Source: Rhodospirillales bacterium
GTDB lineage: Bacteria > Pseudomonadota > Alphaproteobacteria > Kiloniellales > JACOMY01
NCBI GenBank assembly: GCA_965227565.1
Contig: OZ245764.1
Coordinates: 5,623,834 to 5,687,833 of the forward strand
Reading direction: 5' to 3'
DNA: 64,000 bases
Both the position numbers and the translations under genes were made by a program. Below are positions 56,272-64,000 of this stretch, piece after piece; the stretch's first letter is position 1; each line of letters starts with the position of its first letter. The notes beneath the pieces are model-generated. The model saw only the letters and a program-made list of their open reading frames with translations. It made no database searches and was not told the origin of the DNA.

Positions 56272-57219
56272 ATGAACTGGATCACCAACTATGTCCGCCC
56301 GAAGATCCGGGCCCTGGTCGAGAAGCCGGGCGACCAGGCCGACACCCTGTGGGAAAAGTGCACCGCCTGCGGCAGCATGATCTTCCACCGGGAGCTCACC
56401 GAGAACTACCGGGTCTGCACCAGCTGCCACCACCACATGCGGCTGGACGCGCGCAAGCGGCTGGAGCTGATCTTCGACGAGGGTTCGATCACCTACCATC
56501 CCCTGGAAGACTGTCTGGTTGACCCGCTGAAGTTCCGCGACCAGAAGCGCTACACCGACCGCCTCAAGGACGCCCAGAGCAAGACCGGCGACAAGGACGC
56601 CCTGCTGGTGGCGGACGGAAAGGTCGAGAAGCTGCCGCTGGTGGTCGCCGCCTTCGACTTCGCCTTCATGGGCGGTTCCATGGGGATAGCGGTCGGCAAC
56701 GGGATCCTCCAGGCCGCCGAGCTGGCGATCAAGAAGAAGGCGCCGCTGCTGGCGATCCCGGCGTCGGGCGGCGCGCGCATGCAGGAGGGCATCCTCTCTC
56801 TCATGCAGATGCCCCGCACCACGATCGCGGTGCAGAAGGTGCGCGAGGCGGGGCTGCCTTACCTGGTGCTGCTGACCGATCCGACGACCGGCGGCGTCAC
56901 CGCGTCCTTCGCCATGCTGGGCGACATCACCCTGGCCGAGCCGGGGGCCGTCGTGGGCTTCGCCGGGCAGCGGGTGATCGAGGAGACGATCCGCGAGAAG
57001 CTGCCGGAGGGCTTCCAGCGCGCAGAGTACCTGCAGGAGCACGGCATGGTCGACATGGTCGTCCCGCGCCGCGCGATGAAAGAGACCCTGGGCCGGCTGA
57101 TCTCGCTGCTGACGCAGCCCCTGGTGGTGCCCGAGGTGAAGGCGCTGCCCGGACCGGCCGAGCCGACCGAGGAGACGGTCCCGGCCGAGCCTGCGAAGGA
57201 AGAGGCGAAGGATGACTGA
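56272..57219 (+). CDS. accD: Acetyl-CoA carboxylase carboxyltransferase beta subunit
   Basis: Zn ribbon CTACGSM...CTSCHHH and a carboxyltransferase core. Confidence 0.92.
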   Translation: MNWITNYVRPKIRALVEKPGDQADTLWEKCTACGSMIFHRELTENYRVCTSCHHHMRLDARKRLELIFDEGSITYHPLEDCLVDPLKFRDQKRYTDRLKDAQSKTGDKDALLVADGKVEKLPLVVAAFDFAFMGGSMGIAVGNGILQAAELAIKKKAPLLAIPASGGARMQEGILSLMQMPRTTIAVQKVREAGLPYLVLLTDPTTGGVTASFAMLGDITLAEPGAVVGFAGQRVIEETIREKLPEGFQRAEYLQEHGMVDMVVPRRAMKETLGRLISLLTQPLVVPEVKALPGPAEPTEETVPAEPAKEEAKDD

Positions 57220-58495
57220 TGCGGCGGCGGCCGAGGCCGGCGTCACCAGCGACATCGTACTGGAACGGCTGACCCGCCTGCATCCCAAGGTCATCGACCT
57301 CTCGCTCGACCGGGTCTGGCGGCTGCTGGAGCTGGTGGGCAACCCGCAGGACAGCCTGCCGCCGGTGGTCCATGTGGCCGGGACCAACGGCAAGGGCTCG
57401 GTCGTCGCCGCGCTCCGGGCCATGGCCGAGGCGGCGGGCCTGCGCGTCCACGTCTACACCTCGCCCCACCTGGTCCGCTTCCACGAGCGCATCCGCCTGG
57501 CCGGCAGGCTGATCGCCGAGGAGGAACTGGTCGCCCTGCTGGAGGACTGCGAGCGGGCGAACGGCCCCGATTCCATCACCTTCTTCGAGGTGACGACGGT
57601 GGCGGCGCTGCTGGCCTTCGCCAGGGTTCCGGCCGACCTGCTGCTGCTGGAGGTGGGGCTGGGCGGACGGCTGGATGCCACCAACGTCATCGCCCGCCCC
57701 GCGGTCTCGGTCATCACGCCGGTCTCGCTCGACCACCAGCACTACCTGGGAGACAGCCTGGAGGAGATCGCCTTCGAGAAGGCCGGGATCCTGAAGCCCG
57801 GGGTGCCGGCCGTCGTAGCCCCGCAGGACCCCCGCGCGCTGGCGGTGATCGAAGCGCAGGCCCGTAAGATGGCGGCACCGCTGCTGCGCGCCGGCGTCGA
57901 GTGGCACTTCCGGCGCGAGGGCGACGGGCTGGTCCTGGACGGCGAGCGCTATCCCCTGCCGGCGCTGCGCGGCGCCCATCAGATCGAAAACGCGGCGACG
58001 GCGCTGGCGGTGGCGCGGGCGCTCAAGGCGACGGACCCCGCCCTGGCGCTGCAGGGCGCGGAGGGGCTGCAGCGGATGGAATGGCCGGCGCGCCTGCAGC
58101 GCCTGGGTCCGGGCCGGCACTATGCGAAGGTCCCCGGCGGCTGGGAGATCTGGCTGGACGGCGGGCACAACCCGGCAGCGGGGCTGGCGCTGGCGGCCGA
58201 GCTGGCGACCTGGCACGACCGCCCCACGCACCTGATCTACGGGCTGCTGAACACCAAGGCCGCGGCCGAGTTCCTGGCACCGCTGGTGCCTCACGCCGAG
58301 AGCCTGCAGGCGATCGCCATTCCCGGCGAGGTCAACTCCCTGACGGCGGCCGAGGCGGCCGCGGCGGCACCCGGTGCCGTCGCGCGCGCCAGCCTCGACG
58401 AGGCCCTGGCGTCGCTCCGCGGGGAGGCGGCGGGGGCACGGGTGCTGATCTGCGGTTCGCTCTACCTTGCGGGGCGAGTCCTGGCCGGGCACTGA
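57212..58495 (+). CDS. folC: Bifunctional folylpolyglutamate synthase/dihydrofolate synthase
   Basis: Contains HVAGTNGKGS (P-loop) and Mur-ligase architecture. Part of the conserved trpBA-accD-folC order. Confidence 0.9.
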   Translation: MTDAAAAEAGVTSDIVLERLTRLHPKVIDLSLDRVWRLLELVGNPQDSLPPVVHVAGTNGKGSVVAALRAMAEAAGLRVHVYTSPHLVRFHERIRLAGRLIAEEELVALLEDCERANGPDSITFFEVTTVAALLAFARVPADLLLLEVGLGGRLDATNVIARPAVSVITPVSLDHQHYLGDSLEEIAFEKAGILKPGVPAVVAPQDPRALAVIEAQARKMAAPLLRAGVEWHFRREGDGLVLDGERYPLPALRGAHQIENAATALAVARALKATDPALALQGAEGLQRMEWPARLQRLGPGRHYAKVPGGWEIWLDGGHNPAAGLALAAELATWHDRPTHLIYGLLNTKAAAEFLAPLVPHAESLQAIAIPGEVNSLTAAEAAAAAPGAVARASLDEALASLRGEAAGARVLICGSLYLAGRVLAGH

Positions 58496-58652
58496 GCGGG
58501 CCAGCCGGCTGGATCGACGTACCACTAGACCTGGCGCAGGCTATCGTCATACGATCCAGCTTCCTTTGCGGCAGTGCCCTTATCCTGACGGGCTGGCTTG
58601 CCAAATCACCATGAGAGACCCGGCTGAAAGCCGGGCTAGGGAGGCGATAGAT

Positions 58653-59714
58653 ATGGTTTTTACGAGTAGGGCGAAGGTCGGACTCTGCGCGCTGGCGCTG
58701 GGTCTTTCGGTCGGGTTCGCGGGGCCGGCGGCGGCCGAGCTGAACGAGCGCAGCTTCAAGGTGGTCGGCACCTTCGGCAGCCTGACCAACTGGAAAGGCA
58801 TCGAGAAGCCCTTCTGGGAAGAGGTGGTTCCCAAGGATTCCGGCGGCAAGATCACCGCCGACGCCAAGCCGATGACGGAGCTGGGGCTGAAGGGCTTCGA
58901 GATCATGCGCCTCCTGCGGCTCGGCATCTTCGACTTCGCCCATGCCCTGCCGATCTATGTGGCCGAGGACCCGATCATCGAGGGTGTCGACCTGGCCGGC
59001 GTGGCCCGCGACTTCGAGACCGCGCGCAAGATCGGCGACGCCTACAAGGCCACCTTGGACAAGGCCTTCGGCGAGCTCTACAACGCCAAGCTGCTGAACT
59101 TCTATCCCTTCCCGACCCAGGCCTTCTACTGCCGCGACGCGGTGGCCGGCGTCGAGGACCTGGCCGGTGCCAAGATCCGCGTGCAGGGCGCCTCCCAGGG
59201 CGATTTCGTCGAGGGGCTGGGCGCCACGCCGGTGACCATCACCTTCGCCGAGGTCGTGCCCTCGCTGGAGAAGAAGGTGGTGGACTGCGGCATCACCGGT
59301 ACCATGCCGGCCTACCTGGCCAAGTGGTACGAGGTCGCCAACACGGCCTTCTACCTGCCGGTCGGCTACACCATGACCTTCACCGCGGTGAACCTGGACA
59401 CCTGGAACAGCCTCAACGCCGAGACCCAGGCCTTCATGGAAAAGGAGATGACCGAGTTCGAGGACCGGGCCTGGAAGATCGTCATGGACGAGAACGATGC
59501 CGGCCTGGCCTGCGGCACGTCGGGCCCCTGCGCCCTGGGCGATCCGGGCGGCATGACCCTGGTGAAGCCGGATGAGGCAGACCTGGCCAAGCGCGAGGAG
59601 ATCCTGAAGACCGTGGTCCTGCCCCGCTGGGCAGAGCGCTGCGGGTCGGCCTGCGCGGCCAACTGGAACCAGACCGTCGGCCCCGTGGTCGGCCTGGAAG
59701 CGCCGACCAACTAG
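58653..59714 (+). CDS. TRAP transporter substrate-binding protein (DctP-like)
   Basis: ATG at 58653 behind GGGAGG. Signal peptide ending GPAAA. Followed by Q and M subunits. Confidence 0.8.
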   Translation: MVFTSRAKVGLCALALGLSVGFAGPAAAELNERSFKVVGTFGSLTNWKGIEKPFWEEVVPKDSGGKITADAKPMTELGLKGFEIMRLLRLGIFDFAHALPIYVAEDPIIEGVDLAGVARDFETARKIGDAYKATLDKAFGELYNAKLLNFYPFPTQAFYCRDAVAGVEDLAGAKIRVQGASQGDFVEGLGATPVTITFAEVVPSLEKKVVDCGITGTMPAYLAKWYEVANTAFYLPVGYTMTFTAVNLDTWNSLNAETQAFMEKEMTEFEDRAWKIVMDENDAGLACGTSGPCALGDPGGMTLVKPDEADLAKREEILKTVVLPRWAERCGSACAANWNQTVGPVVGLEAPTN

Positions 59715-59725
59715 GTGCCTGCGCG

Positions 59726-59801
59726 CCCCGCGCACCCGGCGCGGGGAGCGTTCGGCCGAGAGGTCAAGCGGCCCTGCCCTCCACGACCCGGGAGGGCAGG
59801 G
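59726..59801 (+). other. Two strong GC hairpins between the TRAP P and Q genes
   Basis: CCCCGCGC-ACCCG-GCGCGGGG (59726-59746) and the perfect 11-bp CCCTGCCCTCC/GGAGGGCAGGG (59772-59801). No T-run follows. Confidence 0.4.
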
Positions 59802-59838
59802 TCTCGCTTGCAGGGGCTGAACGGGGAGCGAGAGCGGC

Positions 59839-60336
59839 GTGGATAGACTGGCGCGTTTCGGCACGATCTTCGGCGGCTTCCTCATCTTCGCCGCCGCCGT
59901 GATCGTCACCCTCGAGCTGATCCTGAGGAACTTCTTCAACGTCTCGATGGGCGGGGCGGACGAGATCTCCAGCTATCTCTTCGCCGTCGCCGTCGCCTGG
60001 GCCCTGCCGCACGTCATGCTGAGCGACGGCAACGTGCGGATCGAGGCCCTGGTCAACACCATTCCCCTGGTCGTGCGGGCCTGGATCCTGCGCTTGGGCA
60101 CCCTGGTGCTGGTCTTCTTCCTGGGCGTGCTCGCCTGGCGGGCGGTCGAGATGGCGCTGGCCTCGCTCGAGACCAGCGCGCGCGCGGTCACCCCGCTGCA
60201 GACGCCACTGGCCATCCCGCAGAGCCTCTGGGCGCTGGGCCTGGCGGTGGCCACCCTGGCGGGCCTGCTGCAGGTCTTCCGCCGCGTCTCCGACAAGCTG
60301 GAGGAGGGGAGCGATGATCTTGCCGGAGATGTCTAA
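59839..60336 (+). CDS. TRAP transporter small permease (DctQ)
   Basis: 165 aa, GTG start, 4 TM segments. Confidence 0.75.
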   Translation: MDRLARFGTIFGGFLIFAAAVIVTLELILRNFFNVSMGGADEISSYLFAVAVAWALPHVMLSDGNVRIEALVNTIPLVVRAWILRLGTLVLVFFLGVLAWRAVEMALASLETSARAVTPLQTPLAIPQSLWALGLAVATLAGLLQVFRRVSDKLEEGSDDLAGDV

Positions 60337-60465
60337 GGCCCGCGGCTCTGACCAGGTGCATTTCGGTGTCGCCAAGCCCCTTGTCGCCGTGGCTGGGCTT
60401 CAGACATTGCTGTCTGGTCTGGCGAACATGGTCGCTCTCGAGCCGTCGCGCCTCAGCCACCATTC

Positions 60466-60573
60466 GTCACCGCCGGGCGTGACCCGGCGGTCCACGTGTT
60501 CAAGCCGCACCCCGTCGGTGAGTCAGGCTCTGGCGTCGAGACGTGGATCCCCGGGTCCATGCCCGGGGATGAC
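60466..60573. repeat. Nested-palindrome repeat (same family as 36206-36324) inside the dctQ-dctM spacer
   Basis: GTCACCGCCGGGCGTGACCCGGCGGTCCACGT (60466-60497) and the inverted ACGTGGATCCCCGGGTCCATGCCCGGGGATGAC (60541-60573). Each arm is an internal hairpin, and differences between the arms are compensatory. Confidence 0.5.
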
Positions 60574-60717
60574 GAGTAAGGTTGATGACTGGGCGCTGGA
60601 GGGACAGCCAATCCGGGCGATCCGGACCGAGGTGGGATCACGTGTGAAGACGACGCAGAGGGAAGGGACAGGGCAGGCCTCTCCCACCGATGACGGAGCC
60701 AGTGAGGCGGACCCGCG

Positions 60718-62001
60718 ATGATCCCTTTCGCTCTCATCATCCTGCTCGGGCTGCTCGTCATTGGCGTGCCGGTGGCCGGCTCGCTCGGCATGCTGGGGCT
60801 GGCGCTGGGCGAGAGCTACAGCTTCATGCCGATCGACCGGGCGATCGCCGAGGTCATCTGGCAGACCTCCGTCGACTTCCTGCTGGTCGCCATCCCGCTC
60901 TTCGTTCTGATGGGCGAGCTGCTGGTGCGCGCCGGCATCGCCAAGCGGGTCTACGACGCGATCGCGGCCTGGCTCTCCTGGCTGCCGGGCGGGCTGATGC
61001 ACGCCAATATCGGTACCTGCGCGCTCTTCGCCGCCAACTCCGGCTCCAGCGTGGCGACGGCGGCGACCATCGGCACCGTGGCGGTGCCGGAGATCAAGCG
61101 CCGCGGCTATGGGCCCAAGCTCTTCCTGGGCTCGATCGCGGCCGGCGGCACCCTGGGAATCCTGATCCCGCCCTCGATCAACCTCATCATCTTCGGGCTG
61201 CTGACCAACACCTCGGTGCCGCAGCTCTACCTGGCGGGCTTCATTCCGGGCTTCGCGCTGGCGCTGCTCTTCATGGTGATGATCGCCGTCATCTGCCTCA
61301 GGCGCCCGGACCTGGCGGAGACGAAGCAGAAGGTGACCTGGGGCCACCGCTTCGCCGTGCTGCCGGACCTGCTGCCGCCGCTGCTGCTCTTCATGGCGGT
61401 CGTCGGCTCGATCTACGCCGGCTGGGCGACCCCGACCGAGGCCGCCTCGCTGGGCGTCGTGGTCTCCCTCATCCTGGGCTTCTGGCAGGGCGAGCTCACC
61501 TGGTCGCGCTTCAAGGACGCGCTCGAGGGGGCAATGAAGACCACGGCCATGATCATGCTGATCATCCTGGCCGCCTCCTTCCTCAACTTCGTCCTGGGCA
61601 TGGTGGGCCTGACCCGCGCCATCTTCAGCGTGATCCAGGAACTGGGGCTCACGCCCTACGAGACGCTCTTCCTGCTGATCGGGATCTATGTGGTGCTGGG
61701 CTTCTTCATGGAGACCCTCTCCATGCTGGTGATCACCACGCCGATCATCGCGCCCATCGTCGGCGACCTGGGCTTCGACCTGGTCTGGTTCGGGATCCTG
61801 CTGACCATCCTGCTGGAACTGGCCTTGATCACGCCGCCGGTCGGGGTGAATCTCTATGTCGTGCAGTCGGTGCGGCCCGACGGTGACATCAGCGAGGTGA
61901 TCTCGGGCGCTCTGCCCTTCGTCTTCGTCATGCTGGTGATGGTGGTCTTGCTGGTGATCTTCCCGGAGATCGCGCTCTGGCTGCCGCAGGTCTTTGGATA
62001 G
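60718..62001 (+). CDS. TRAP transporter large permease (DctM)
   Basis: 427 aa DctM-family protein with a typical N-terminus [20 protein letters not shown]. Confidence 0.9.
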   Translation: MIPFALIILLGLLVIGVPVAGSLGMLGLALGESYSFMPIDRAIAEVIWQTSVDFLLVAIPLFVLMGELLVRAGIAKRVYDAIAAWLSWLPGGLMHANIGTCALFAANSGSSVATAATIGTVAVPEIKRRGYGPKLFLGSIAAGGTLGILIPPSINLIIFGLLTNTSVPQLYLAGFIPGFALALLFMVMIAVICLRRPDLAETKQKVTWGHRFAVLPDLLPPLLLFMAVVGSIYAGWATPTEAASLGVVVSLILGFWQGELTWSRFKDALEGAMKTTAMIMLIILAASFLNFVLGMVGLTRAIFSVIQELGLTPYETLFLLIGIYVVLGFFMETLSMLVITTPIIAPIVGDLGFDLVWFGILLTILLELALITPPVGVNLYVVQSVRPDGDISEVISGALPFVFVMLVMVVLLVIFPEIALWLPQVFG

Positions 62002-62011
62002 GGAGGTGGCG

Positions 62012-62821
62012 ATGAACCGCTTCGAGCAAGCCGCAGAGGACGGAGGCCGCGTCCGCCTGCAGGCGCGGGCCGGCGAGGGTCCGCCGCACACGGCCGGCCT
62101 GGCGCCGGGCAACCTGCAGGGCAACCTGGTGATCCTGCCGGCCGCCCATGCCGGCGACTTCGAGGCCTACTGCAAGGCGAACCCCGCACCCTGTCCGCTG
62201 GTCGGAAAATCGTTGCCCGGCGACCCCACGCTGCCGGCGCTGGGCCGGGACATCGACATCCGCCGCGACCTGCCGGGCTACCGCGTCTGGCGCGACGGCC
62301 GGCTGGCCGCCGAGGTCGCCGACGTGGCCGACCTCTGGCAGGACGACATGGTCTCCTTCGTGATCGGCTGCTCCTTCTCCTTCGAGGCGGCCCTGATCGC
62401 CGAGGGTATCGGGCTGCGGCACATCGAGGAGGGCCGCAACGTGCCGATGTACGTGACCTCCATCGCGACCCGTCCGGCCGGTCCCTTCTCGGGACCCATG
62501 GTGGTCTCCATGCGGCCGATCCGGGAGGGCGAGGTGGCGCGGGCTAGGCGGATCACGGCGGCTGCCCCCAATGCGCACGGCGCGCCGGTGCATGTCGGCG
62601 ACCCGGCCGGGATCGGCATCGCCGACCTGGCCCGGCCCGACTTCGGCGAGGCGACGCGGATCGAGCCGGGCGAGCTGCCGGTCTTCTGGGCCTGCGGGGT
62701 CACGCCGCAGATGGCCCTGCAGCAAGCCAGGCCGCCGCTGGCCATCACCCACCGGCCGGGCGCCATGCTGGTGACCGACCTGCCGCTGGACGCCGAGGCG
62801 CCGAGCGACGCCGCAGCCTGA
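62012..62821 (+). CDS. DUF1445 family putative hydro-lyase (D-glutamate-cyclase-like)
   Basis: Contains GNLVILP...FE.YC..NP.PCPL...[12 protein letters not shown]...[13 protein letters not shown] at 62012 behind GGGAGG. Confidence 0.8.
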   Translation: MNRFEQAAEDGGRVRLQARAGEGPPHTAGLAPGNLQGNLVILPAAHAGDFEAYCKANPAPCPLVGKSLPGDPTLPALGRDIDIRRDLPGYRVWRDGRLAAEVADVADLWQDDMVSFVIGCSFSFEAALIAEGIGLRHIEEGRNVPMYVTSIATRPAGPFSGPMVVSMRPIREGEVARARRITAAAPNAHGAPVHVGDPAGIGIADLARPDFGEATRIEPGELPVFWACGVTPQMALQQARPPLAITHRPGAMLVTDLPLDAEAPSDAAA

Positions 62822-62829
62822 GGAGCACC

Positions 62830-63726
62830 ATGGGGAAGATCTCGAAGGCCGCCTTCGTCGGCCTCGGCAACATGGGCGGGCCCATGACGGGGCACTTCGC
62901 CAAGGCGGTGGAGACCCTGGTCCTCTACGACCTGCGGGCCGAGGTGGCCCGGGCGGCGGCGGAGGCCAGCGGCGGCAGGGTCGCCGGCAGCCTGGCCGAG
63001 GCCGCTGAGGGGGCGGAGCTGGTGATCACCATGCTGCCGAACGCCCAGGTGGTCCGCTCCGTGCTCTTCGGCGAGGGCGACAGCCTGGCGCGCAGCCTCT
63101 CCAAGGGGGCGGTGGTGGTGGACATGAGCTCCTCCTATCCGCCGGTGACCCAGCAGAGCGGTGCCGATCTTAAGGCCTACGGCGCGACCCTGCTGGACGC
63201 GCCGGTCTCCGGCGGCGTCAAGCGGGCGGTCGGGGGCGACCTGGCGATCATGCTGGGCGGCGACGAGGCCGCGGCCATGGACCGGGTACAGCCGGCCTTG
63301 GAGAGCATGGGCAAGGTCTACCGCACCGGCCCCCTGGGCTCCGGCCATGCGCTGAAGGCGCTCAACAACTACCTCTCGGCCTCCGGCCTGTCGGCGGCCT
63401 GCGTGGCGCTGCAGGTGGGCCAGCGTTTCGGCCTCGATCCCAACCTGATGATCGACATCATCAACGCCTCGACCGGACGCAACACCTCGACCGAGCGCAA
63501 GTTCCACGGCTCCATCATCCCCCGCAAGTTCGACGCGGGCTTCGCGCTGGAACTGATGGCCAAGGACCTGAGGGCCGCGGCCGACCTGGCCGAGGAGCTG
63601 GGCCTCGCCATGGCGCCGCTCCGGCAGGAGGCGGCACTCTGGGCCGATGCCCAGGCCTTCCTCGAGCCGGGCGCCGACCACACGGAGATCTTCCGCTACC
63701 TCGAGGCCCTGGCGGAGGAGAAGTAG
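62830..63726 (+). CDS. NAD(P)-dependent oxidoreductase, 3-hydroxyisobutyrate/6-phosphogluconate dehydrogenase family
   Basis: Contains AFVGLGNMGGPM, DAPVSGG and the catalytic ALKALNN region. Confidence 0.85.
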   Translation: MGKISKAAFVGLGNMGGPMTGHFAKAVETLVLYDLRAEVARAAAEASGGRVAGSLAEAAEGAELVITMLPNAQVVRSVLFGEGDSLARSLSKGAVVVDMSSSYPPVTQQSGADLKAYGATLLDAPVSGGVKRAVGGDLAIMLGGDEAAAMDRVQPALESMGKVYRTGPLGSGHALKALNNYLSASGLSAACVALQVGQRFGLDPNLMIDIINASTGRNTSTERKFHGSIIPRKFDAGFALELMAKDLRAAADLAEELGLAMAPLRQEAALWADAQAFLEPGADHTEIFRYLEALAEEK

Positions 63727-63742
63727 AGCCCTCCCGCGGGCA

Positions 63743-64000
63743 TCAACGGTCGAGGATCTCCTTGCCGACGCTCTCGCGGCGCACCCCGAGGCCGACGAAG
63801 CGGCCCGGCAGGCGATTGAGGCCCGGCAGGGACAGCATCAGGCGCAGCGGCAGCGGCGGGCGGGTCTCGTGCCCGCCCTCGAGCGCCTCGGCGATCAGCA
63901 GGTTCTGGATCATGACCTGGAGGCGCTGGGTCGTGCGGGTCGGCCCGTAGCGGCGCTTCTGCAGGGCGCGCAGGTGGTCCTCGCCGAGGCTGCCCTCGCG
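63743..64000 (-). CDS. 3' end of a probable FAD-dependent monooxygenase (partial; start lies outside the window)
   Basis: The minus-strand frame is open from the window edge to TGA (63743-63745): ...YGPTRTTQRLQVMIQNLLIAEALEGG... Family assignment is tentative. Confidence 0.35.
   Translation of the reverse strand, partial: REGSLGEDHLRALQKRRYGPTRTTQRLQVMIQNLLIAEALEGGHETRPPLPLRLMLSLPGLNRLPGRFVGLGVRRESVGKEILDR

Noticed and set aside
60314-60721. 135-aa ORF bridging dctQ and dctM, ending in an ATGA overlap with dctM.
   Set aside because: It reads through both hairpin repeat units, giving the PGMT-type peptide typical of repeat translation. It has weaker G/C third-position bias than real genes here and no recognisable family. 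It is kept only as a note inside the spacer finding.

Overview
A 64 kb stretch of very GC-rich chromosome. Third codon positions are overwhelmingly G/C, which produces many long spurious antisense ORFs in the six-frame track. Gene content suggests an alphaproteobacterium, possibly Rhodospirillales-like: a 41-aa L36, a COQ9-like gene divergent from rpsU, many TRAP transporters, and GTCATCC...GGATC hairpin repeats. This taxonomic call is an inference. Housekeeping blocks are purE'-purK, def, rpsU, rpmJ, tRNA-Pro(CGG), guaA and trpB-trpA-accD-folC. Accessory content includes three TRAP transporters, two MATE exporters, an RND efflux pair, and a GT25/MATE/methyltransferase operon. It also includes a MarR-controlled aromatic-catabolism operon (fahA, maiA, FAD monooxygenase, but no hmgA). 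Two toxin-antitoxin modules (TacA/TacT-like and HipB/HipA-like) flank a HerA-like DUF853 ATPase. Two secreted EF-hand paralogues are present, and a small patatin/trypsin-like-protease islet sits next to tRNA-Pro. The most unusual locus is 28096-34058. There a dCache-GAF sensor with a degenerate cyclase domain leads an Mla/MCE-type operon whose ABC-ATPase homologue has lost every catalytic motif. Other oddities are a 25-codon ORF behind a 16-nt perfect anti-16S Shine-Dalgarno, a protease whose signal peptide has no usable start codon and abuts the tRNA 3' end, and a nested-palindrome repeat family. One copy of that repeat splits a dctQ-dctM pair. All calls come from reading the sequence and from recalled family motifs; no searches were run.
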